From positions 45,801-109,800 of the forward strand of contig CAZEWZ010000002.1 in assembly GCA_964516765.1 (NCBI GenBank): 64,000 nt of DNA, in the 5' to 3' direction. Positions 56,661 to 64,000 of the stretch are shown piece by piece; positions within the stretch are counted from its first letter, which is position 1; each line of letters starts with the position of its first letter. The translations under genes were made by a program, and so were the position numbers. The DNA is from an uncultured Cryomorphaceae bacterium. GTDB taxonomy: Bacteria; Bacteroidota; Bacteroidia; Flavobacteriales; UBA7430. A model generated the notes under the pieces. That model searched no databases. It was not told the DNA's origin and saw only the letters and a program-made list of their open reading frames with translations.

Positions 56661-58097
56661 TTACTTATTTAGTCTTATATTTTTTTTGGCAGAGCCATCC
56701 TCAAAAATATCGATTTTGAACCCACTCGTTTCACTACCTGTATTTCTCCCCAGTAGATCAATACTAAATTTTATTTCTGTGGAGTTCACATTGTTTTCTG
56801 TGACATTAAGATTGCTTTCATTCATGCAGTGTTTGAAAAAATTCCATATTTCCTCTGCAGAATCTATATCCATATTTCCGTTAGATCCTGGCCAATCGTG
56901 TCCTCCTCCTTCAACTTTATAGAACCAAATGTGAGTGTTGGTAGTTGAACTTGAATATTTTTCTACAAACACTTGACTTCCATCATTTGGACTTGTATTG
57001 GGTAAGTATCCTGATTCGACCATTTGGCAGTCATTATTTTGAACCCAAAAATCAATCACTTCTTCCTGACCTGGATAGGGTCCCCAAAAAGTGTCATCCG
57101 GATCACCGTTGTAATAAGTAACATTGTCTTGGGTTCCATGTATTTCCATGATAGATACGTATTCGCTTGCAGAACAATTGTTGATAATTCCATTGAACAT
57201 GGTTCCAGCAACTCCAGCAATAGCTGAAAATGTTTCGGAAGCTTCACAGGCCAAAAGATAGCTAACTTCAGCACCATTCGACATCCCCGATGAGAAAGTT
57301 TTATCAGGTGAAAGATCGTGAGTCTCTTGAAGGTAAGCAGCTAATTCAATAAAAAATTGCACGTCATCAGCTGCATTGTTTGGCGTAAAGTTATAACCCA
57401 CATTCCAGTATGCTGTATTACCATCATATTGCCCTTGAGGGAAACAAACGGCGAACCCTTCTTCATTTGCCAATTCAATAAAACCACTATAATTCATTAT
57501 TCCATCTGCTGAACCAGTATATCCATGAGATACAAATACAAGGGGTGCTTTAGATCCTGCACTTTCAGGTTTGTAAAAAATATATTCTCTGGGGTTTTTG
57601 TCTCCAGAAATATAAAATTCTAAGCTCATCACACAGGTTCCATTGTCCATAGTTGCATATTCATTATAATTGATTGCTTCGTTGTTAGTACATCCATAAA
57701 TTGTCAATTCACAGTCTGCTGTGTCTTGTCCCAATTCTAGTTCTTCATATCCTATAAATGTGTTTCCAGTTAATGAATAGGTTGAATTGTTGTTTTCGAA
57801 AGACAATGTGATTTCTCCTCCGTTCCAGCCATCTCCCCAAGAATCTAGTGCTTCTATATAATAACATCCTGCTTCCAAACAGAAACTAATTGAGTAATCT
57901 GTATAATCTGAGCCTTCAATACCTTGAAATGAACCCATCAGAATATTGCTTTGGTTATAAATATTCCAGGCCATTTCTTCTGCCCATTCCCCAGTTTCGG
58001 TCTCAACTATTAACTCAATATCATTACACTGTGCATGAATGTTTTCCATAAATCCAAAACATAATAAGACATATATAAGTGGGAAGGTAGTTTTCAT
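56661..58097 (-). CDS. secreted alpha/beta-hydrolase esterase (PHB-depolymerase/feruloyl-esterase-like) with N-terminal Cys-rich modules and T9SS sorting domain
   Basis: It has a signal peptide. One long Cys module and one short GCTNNEAINYNEYATMDNGTC motif occupy aa 24-155 (57633-58028). The hydrolase core has the nucleophile elbow GMSNGA and HGTQD. The C-terminal tail is IKFSIDLLGRN...KIDIFEDGSAKKNIRLNK. Confidence 0.75.
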   Translation of the reverse strand: MKTTFPLIYVLLCFGFMENIHAQCNDIELIVETETGEWAEEMAWNIYNQSNILMGSFQGIEGSDYTDYSISFCLEAGCYYIEALDSWGDGWNGGEITLSFENNNSTYSLTGNTFIGYEELELGQDTADCELTIYGCTNNEAINYNEYATMDNGTCVMSLEFYISGDKNPREYIFYKPESAGSKAPLVFVSHGYTGSADGIMNYSGFIELANEEGFAVCFPQGQYDGNTAYWNVGYNFTPNNAADDVQFFIELAAYLQETHDLSPDKTFSSGMSNGAEVSYLLACEASETFSAIAGVAGTMFNGIINNCSASEYVSIMEIHGTQDNVTYYNGDPDDTFWGPYPGQEEVIDFWVQNNDCQMVESGYLPNTSPNDGSQVFVEKYSSSTTNTHIWFYKVEGGGHDWPGSNGNMDIDSAEEIWNFFKHCMNESNLNVTENNVNSTEIKFSIDLLGRNTGSETSGFKIDIFEDGSAKKNIRLNK

Positions 58098-58158
58098 TTT
58101 GTTTTATTTTTAATGAATGTAAGATGATTTTATTGAGCAATATTAATAATAAATCCTA

Positions 58159-59553
58159 TTAAGAGTCAAGCTTAAGGTCCGTAAAATTTTTGTAAAAATA
58201 TGGTATGGTTTCAATTCCTTTTAAATAGTTAAACACTCCATAGTGTTCATTTGGGGAATGAATGGCGTCTGAGTCTAATCCGAAACCTAAAAGTATCGAC
58301 TTGACATTTAATTCTTGTTCAAATAATGCCACAATAGGAATACTTCCTCCACTTCGAACGGGAACAGGTTTTTTTCCAAAAGTTACTTCCATAGCATCGC
58401 TTGCAGCTTTATAAGCAATGTTGTCTGTGGGGGAGACATATGGCATTCCTCCATGATGAGGTGTAACTTTTACTTTTACTGATTTGGGAGCAATACTGAC
58501 AAAGTGATCGCAAAATAATTTTGTGATTTTATGAGGATCTTGGCCTGGCACCAAACGCATTGAAATTTTTGCATATGCTTTAGAAGCAATTACTGTTTTT
58601 GCTCCTTCGCCGGAATACCCGCCCCAAATCCCGTTAACGTCTAGTGTTGGACGAATGGAATTACGTTCCATGGTCAAGTATCCTTCTTCTCCATGAATAT
58701 CACCAAGATCTAGAGTTTTTTTATATGCTTCAAGACTGAATGGTGCTTTGGCCATTTCCGCTCTTTCTTCGAGGCTTAAAATTTCTACATCGTCATAGAA
58801 TCCAGGAATGGTAATTTTATTTTTATCATCTTGCAGAGAGGCAATCATCTGCGTCAAGATATTGATTGGGTTGGCCACGGCTCCTCCATATAATCCTGAG
58901 TGTAAGTCTCTGTTGGGACCTGTCACCTCTACTTCCACATAACTTAGACCTCTAAGACCAGTGGTGATTGATGGGATATCATTGGCTAACATTCCAGTAT
59001 CTGAGATTAAAATCACATCGCAGCTCAGTTTTTCTCTATTGCCTTTTACAAAAGCATCCAATGAGTTGGAACCGACTTCTTCTTCCCCCTCAATCATAAA
59101 TTTTACATTGCATGGAAGTGAATCGGTTTTCATCATCAACTCAAAAGCTTTCACATGCATATACATTTGTCCTTTGTCATCACAAGCTCCTCTGGCAAAT
59201 ATGGCGCCATCTGGATGTAATTGAGTTTTTTTAATCACCGGGTCAAATGGACCGCTTGTCCATAATTCTAATGGATCTGCAGGCTGAACATCGTAGTGAC
59301 CATAAACCAATATGGTAGGCAAAGAAGAGTCGACCATTTTTTGTGCATATACAATAGGGTAGCCAGGAGTTTCACAAATCTCCACATAATCTGCTCCGGC
59401 TTCTTCCAACCTTTTTTTAACCACTTCTGAGGTTCTTAGAACATCTTTTTTGTATTCTGGGTCGGCTGATATAGATGGGATTCTTAATAAATCCATTAAC
59501 TCATCTATAAATCGATCTTTATTTTCTTGAATGTATACTTGTATGTTTTTCAT
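58159..59553 (-). CDS. M20-family dipeptidase (ArgE/DapE/PepV-like metallohydrolase)
   Basis: The motifs are YGHYDVQP, ARGACDDKG, EGEEEVGS and a C-terminal HSPNE. Length is 464 aa. Confidence 0.85.
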   Translation of the reverse strand: MKNIQVYIQENKDRFIDELMDLLRIPSISADPEYKKDVLRTSEVVKKRLEEAGADYVEICETPGYPIVYAQKMVDSSLPTILVYGHYDVQPADPLELWTSGPFDPVIKKTQLHPDGAIFARGACDDKGQMYMHVKAFELMMKTDSLPCNVKFMIEGEEEVGSNSLDAFVKGNREKLSCDVILISDTGMLANDIPSITTGLRGLSYVEVEVTGPNRDLHSGLYGGAVANPINILTQMIASLQDDKNKITIPGFYDDVEILSLEERAEMAKAPFSLEAYKKTLDLGDIHGEEGYLTMERNSIRPTLDVNGIWGGYSGEGAKTVIASKAYAKISMRLVPGQDPHKITKLFCDHFVSIAPKSVKVKVTPHHGGMPYVSPTDNIAYKAASDAMEVTFGKKPVPVRSGGSIPIVALFEQELNVKSILLGFGLDSDAIHSPNEHYGVFNYLKGIETIPYFYKNFTDLKLDS

Positions 59554-59787
59554 GAAACGAATTTTTATTAAAAATAAGAATTTGATATCACATTCAAGCT
59601 AGATTGATGATGTATCTATTTACTTGTGATTTCCATTTTTTTATTCATGTAAGTTAGCTGATATATTAATAAATAAGTAATCCTAATATGATTTTTGGTT
59701 TTTATTAATTGGCATAATTACTTAGATCATAGATCTATTTATTTATCTAGTCATTTAGCCGTAAATTATTTTTAATTTAGCAGAATA

Positions 59788-60549
59788 ATGATGTCTATGA
59801 AAGCAATGTTTTTTTTACGACTATTCGTGCTTTTTTCGTACGTATTGATTGCCCAGGTTGATGTTAAAGAAAGTAATATTTCTATTCCAATGATTAATCT
59901 TAGTTCTGGATTTCATGTTCCTGGAGAAGATTTATTAGAGCGGTTTGGGCAAAGTTCTTCTTTAGGGATTGGTTTTCAAGTAAAGAAAACTTCAAATTTT
60001 TATTGGGGCTTAGATATTATGGCAATTTCTGGAGCCACCGTCAAAGAAGACAATATTCTAAATATTATTACTGCTGACTCTATTGATATTATCGATGTAA
60101 ATGGACATACAGCATCTATCCGTTTTTGGCAAAGAGGAGCTCATGCTCAAGTTTTTGGCGGTAAAATAATTTCTATCATTGGACCCAATCCCAATTCTGG
60201 TATTTTTATTCAAGGAGGTTTGGGCTTTCTATACCATCAAATTAGAATTGAAGATATCGGAAACAATTCACCCCAAATCAATGAGGAAATGTTAAAAGGT
60301 TATGACCGACTATGTATGGGTATATCCTCCAGTCAGTTTATTGGTTATCGTCATTTTTCAAACAACCAAAAGATTAATTTTTTTGTAGGGATTGAATTCA
60401 TACAGGCCTTTACAGAAGATGTTAGAAAGTATGATTATAATGATCAATCTTCTTATGAAGATAATCGTGTTGATTTATTATCTGGCCTAAAGTTTGGTTG
60501 GACTTTTCCTCTCTACAAAAAATCTGATAACAAATATTATTATTATTGA
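59788..60549 (+). CDS. hypothetical exported protein (possible small outer-membrane barrel)
   Basis: The signal-peptide-like N-terminus is FFLRLFVLFSYVLIAQ. The gene overlaps the waaA start by 4 nt (TTGA). It has no recognisable motif. Confidence 0.45.
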   Translation: MMSMKAMFFLRLFVLFSYVLIAQVDVKESNISIPMINLSSGFHVPGEDLLERFGQSSSLGIGFQVKKTSNFYWGLDIMAISGATVKEDNILNIITADSIDIIDVNGHTASIRFWQRGAHAQVFGGKIISIIGPNPNSGIFIQGGLGFLYHQIRIEDIGNNSPQINEEMLKGYDRLCMGISSSQFIGYRHFSNNQKINFFVGIEFIQAFTEDVRKYDYNDQSSYEDNRVDLLSGLKFGWTFPLYKKSDNKYYYY

Positions 60550-61790
60550 TTCCTAAACTCTATACATTAGGCCAATACCTATACGGTTTTGCAGTTCGGA
60601 TAGCAGCCCTTAGTAATACAAAGGCCATGTTGTGGGTTCAGGGCCGAAGGAAGGCTTTTGATTATCTTGAAAATAATCTCCGTAAAGGTGATAATGTAAT
60701 TTGGATTCATGCACCTTCTCTAGGTGAATTTGAGCAGGCAAGGCCATTGATTCATCAAATTAAAAGTCAATTTTCACAATTTAAGTTGGTGCTTACCTTT
60801 TATTCTCCCTCAGGATATGAGTTACGTAAAGATTATCCAGGGATAGATTGTATTTCTTATCTCCCAATTGACACACCATCAAATGCATCTAGGTTTGTAG
60901 AACTTATAAATCCTAAACATACTTTTTTTGTGAAGTATGATTTTTGGCCTCATTATCTAAATGAACTTCAAAAAAGAGGTCATGCTCATTATGTTATTTC
61001 ATCTATTTTTCGTCCTAATCAGTATTTTTTTAAATTTTATGGAGCATGGATGTTGAACTTATTGTCTAATGTAGATCATTTTTTTGTTCAAAATAAGGAG
61101 TCCGAAAATATTTTAAATAGTTTCGGTGTGGATAGAGTAACTATTTTAGGAGACACACGTTTTGATCAGGTCATTCATACTTCTAAATTTGCTAAAGAAC
61201 TCCCTTTAATTAAAGCATTTAAAGGAGATTCTTTGTTATTTATAGCCGGAAGTATCTGGCCTAATGAAGAAATTATACTGAAAGAGTATATAAAAAACTT
61301 TGGACCTGCTTTTAAGTATGTGATAGCCCCCCATGAAATCAACAAAGCTAATATTCTTAAGTATAAATCTAACATACCCGGAAAAGTGATTCTTTATAGT
61401 GAATGCAGTCTAGAAGACGTAAATCATGCAGATGTTCTAATCATTGACAATATAGGCATTCTTAGTAAGATTTATCAGTATGCTAATTTTGCATATGTTG
61501 GGGGAGGGTTTGGCAAGGGAATTCATAATATATTAGAAGCGGCTACTTTTGGAATGCCTATTTTTATTGGGCCAAATAATTCCAACTTTAATGAAGCTAA
61601 AGATTTGAAGAACTTAAAAGTAGCAATTGAGATATATAGTGCTAAGGAAATGATTATTGAAACAGATATAATCTTAAGAAACTATAGTATTATGAATGAG
61701 ATGAAATCACAGAGTAGGGAATATGTCAATCAAAAAGGAGGTGCCACATCTCGAATATTAGATTATATATTTAAAAATAATGAACATTAG
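60546..61790 (+). CDS. waaA: 3-deoxy-D-manno-octulosonic acid (Kdo) transferase
   Basis: The N-terminal hydrophobic segment is followed by W.HA.S.GE...A.PLI. The C-terminal part has GGGF...GHN.LEAA.FG.P...GP. A TTG start at 60546 is needed to retain the conserved N-terminus. Confidence 0.85.
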   Translation: MIPKLYTLGQYLYGFAVRIAALSNTKAMLWVQGRRKAFDYLENNLRKGDNVIWIHAPSLGEFEQARPLIHQIKSQFSQFKLVLTFYSPSGYELRKDYPGIDCISYLPIDTPSNASRFVELINPKHTFFVKYDFWPHYLNELQKRGHAHYVISSIFRPNQYFFKFYGAWMLNLLSNVDHFFVQNKESENILNSFGVDRVTILGDTRFDQVIHTSKFAKELPLIKAFKGDSLLFIAGSIWPNEEIILKEYIKNFGPAFKYVIAPHEINKANILKYKSNIPGKVILYSECSLEDVNHADVLIIDNIGILSKIYQYANFAYVGGGFGKGIHNILEAATFGMPIFIGPNNSNFNEAKDLKNLKVAIEIYSAKEMIIETDIILRNYSIMNEMKSQSREYVNQKGGATSRILDYIFKNNEH

Positions 61791-61811
61791 AGTGAACTTT
61801 TGTTCTAAAAG

Positions 61812-64000
61812 CTATCTAACTAGTAGAACAACTTTTTCATTGGTAATTATGGAACCATCAAAGCTTTTTAATGCATATCGTAAAACATAAGTACCCTGGG
61901 GACATTCTTGCCCAGAATCCGAATCTGTACCATCCCATTCAAAATAAACATCCTCGCTTGTAAAAACAAGATTTCCCCATCTATTATAAATGTTTACATC
62001 CAAAGCTTTAGAGAGTTTACTTCCAAACTTATAAGTATCGTTTATTCCGTCGTTGTTTGGTGAAAATGCATTTGGCCATGCATTACTCGATAGTCCAATA
62101 AAGCAGCGTTTATTTGAATGACTCTTTATTGTGGGGTCTTGGAAGTTAGTTGCAATGACTCGATAACAGTAACTAGAGTCAACTCCATAATCACTTAATG
62201 GGATGTTTTTAAGCTCCAGTGTTGTTCCTGAAACTGTTCTTATATCTTGATAGAAACCTTGAATTTGGTTGTAAAATTGAATTTTGTATTCCCCAACACC
62301 TTCAATCCATTCTTTATAAGGGTTCCAATTGAGATCTATGTGACTTGGGTGAAACTTTTCACCCTTTAATAATATGTTTTCTCCATAATTACTTACCGGT
62401 CCTATATTACCACAAACATCACGGTATTGAACCCTGTATTTATAATTGCTTGCTTGGACATTAACATTAAAGTCAACAAAAGGTGGTTCAAGAGCAACTG
62501 TGTCGTATTCTACCCATCCAAAATATTCATCCCAACGACTAATTTTATAATAACTCACTGCATTATTTGATATGACCGGCCATTCTGTAACAATCACATC
62601 ATCTCCTTGAACGGTAGTGAATACCGAACTATATTCAATATATATTGGGCTCGAAAAGTCAGTAAAAAGAGGTACTAGATTAGCCTTGTTGGAACGAGAT
62701 AAAATATTTTCTTCAGGATGATTTGCCACCACGTAGTAGTAATGTCTCACATTACATAAATTAGAGTCTTGATAAGAAACAGAATTACCAGAAATTTGAT
62801 CTAGATATTCGAAATCATCTCCTTCAATAGATCTGTAAATATCATATGATTCGACAGAAGCCCATCCTTGGTATGCAGACCAGTCTAATCTTATTACTCC
62901 ATAATCAGTACTTTCAAGTTTTAAAAGAATGGGTGAATGAACCATTGAACTATCAGAGAAGTATCCACAAGAATCTTGTTGGACCATAGTATAATAGTTG
63001 TTTTGGTATGGATTGGAGTTGTTTTGTGAATATTGGTTTGGCAGAATATCGTAGGAATCGTAAATATTTTCCCAAAATGCAAAATTTGTTTCGTGATAGA
63101 GGTTGATATTGTCAAAATTATCATCTACAGAATCTGTCCAAAAGACTTCAATACCATAGTCTTGAGTTGTGACATAGTGCATTATAGGAAGTGCAACGAT
63201 AGTATCAAGAACCTCAATAAATACTGATTTTTGCACACTATCAGAACAACCATTTGAATCTAATATATGCAAATAAATATCATAGAAAGCTGTTGAATCA
63301 TATGTAATAGCCAGATTTTCTTGATTACTTTCTCCATCTTCATAAATCCAGGAATTGATTAGACTGTCTGAATCATGGGTTGAGTTATTTTGATAAATAG
63401 CATTCCCCATATCGTAGCAATATCGATTTCTAAGGACCTCAAATTCAGCAACAGGAGCATTAAATAATTCAATTAAGTTTTCCCATGTGTCTTCGGAATA
63501 GCAACCAAACGAGGTAGTAGCAGAGTGAAATATGCTATATTCTTTTTTAATATTATATGTATGAGTTGGATTTGGATTCGTTGAACTACTTAATTCAACT
63601 TGTGTTGGTCCAAAATCAAAATACCAAAAGAAATCGGAACTTTCTTCAGGTGCGTATATATCCAAGTTTTCGAATTCCACTTCCATCGGATCGCATCCGA
63701 TAGTTATATCAGATTGGATATTTAATATTGGATTCGGATATAGCCTAACCTCTCCTTTAAAAGTGTCTAAGCATGAGTGATAATCAGCTGCCAAATTTAT
63801 TTGGTAAAAGTAACAAGAATCTCCCTCGAGGAGTTCAATAGGATAGGGGAATGTGTAGGTTTGGATAATTGTGTCGTTTAAAATATAAGTTGAAGTATCA
63901 TTATTTCCATAGTCCATAGAAAAAGTATCTATTAAATTGGAATCTGAAAGATCAATTATTTTTGTAGTAATTGAATCACATCCATCTTCGTTTTCAATGA
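61812..64000 (-). CDS. large surface protein with T9SS type-B (gliding-motility-associated, CHU_C-like) C-terminal domain; N-terminus lies off the right edge
   Basis: The C-terminal block is PNAFSPNNDGINDTYKF...IYNRWGNLVF...WDGT. The frame stays open upstream of the track's Met (63917) to the window edge (...IENEDGCDSITTKIIDLSDSNLIDTFS-MD...). Confidence 0.75.
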   Translation of the reverse strand, partial: IENEDGCDSITTKIIDLSDSNLIDTFSMDYGNNDTSTYILNDTIIQTYTFPYPIELLEGDSCYFYQINLAADYHSCLDTFKGEVRLYPNPILNIQSDITIGCDPMEVEFENLDIYAPEESSDFFWYFDFGPTQVELSSSTNPNPTHTYNIKKEYSIFHSATTSFGCYSEDTWENLIELFNAPVAEFEVLRNRYCYDMGNAIYQNNSTHDSDSLINSWIYEDGESNQENLAITYDSTAFYDIYLHILDSNGCSDSVQKSVFIEVLDTIVALPIMHYVTTQDYGIEVFWTDSVDDNFDNINLYHETNFAFWENIYDSYDILPNQYSQNNSNPYQNNYYTMVQQDSCGYFSDSSMVHSPILLKLESTDYGVIRLDWSAYQGWASVESYDIYRSIEGDDFEYLDQISGNSVSYQDSNLCNVRHYYYVVANHPEENILSRSNKANLVPLFTDFSSPIYIEYSSVFTTVQGDDVIVTEWPVISNNAVSYYKISRWDEYFGWVEYDTVALEPPFVDFNVNVQASNYKYRVQYRDVCGNIGPVSNYGENILLKGEKFHPSHIDLNWNPYKEWIEGVGEYKIQFYNQIQGFYQDIRTVSGTTLELKNIPLSDYGVDSSYCYRVIATNFQDPTIKSHSNKRCFIGLSSNAWPNAFSPNNDGINDTYKFGSKLSKALDVNIYNRWGNLVFTSEDVYFEWDGTDSDSGQECPQGTYVLRYALKSFDGSIITNEKVVLLVR

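Overview
This is a low-GC chromosomal segment that reads like a marine Flavobacteriia (Bacteroidota) genome. The taxonomic evidence is threefold: many proteins end in T9SS C-terminal sorting domains, the TonB-dependent receptors start with carboxypeptidase-regulatory-like N-termini, and TAnnTTTG (-7) plus TTG (-33) promoter boxes replace Shine-Dalgarno/-10/-35 signals. I support about 48 protein-coding genes and one tRNA-Ser(GGA). I see no rRNA, CRISPR array, transposase, integrase or recognisable phage gene.

Most of the window is housekeeping:
- ftsH-rsfS and birA.
- tatD, ansA and gdhA, kbl.
- rplM-rpsI-rpsB-tsf-pyrH-frr.
- sucAB, mfd, fbp.
- tig-clpP and waaA.

I do not see a canonical defence or mobile system. 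Three less ordinary parts are the best candidates for something undescribed:
1. 2.8-8.4 kb holds a same-strand string of light-related genes. In order they are an azurin-like lipoprotein, a DTE-motif proteorhodopsin, the Blh retinal-forming dioxygenase, a 141-aa orphan, an SDR+DUF2867 protein and a photolyase/cryptochrome.
2. Three T9SS cargo proteins share two cysteine-rich repeat types that I cannot assign to a named domain. The proteins are a 1567-aa trypsin-like protease, a 356-aa protein and an esterase. The longer repeat occurs in two circularly permuted element orders.
3. A DnaQ-like exonuclease and a Cho/UvrC-like GIY-YIG nuclease are translationally coupled through a TAATG overlap.

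All assignments come from motif recognition by eye in the supplied translations. No database search was run. Promoter, terminator and repeat calls are sequence observations with modest confidence.
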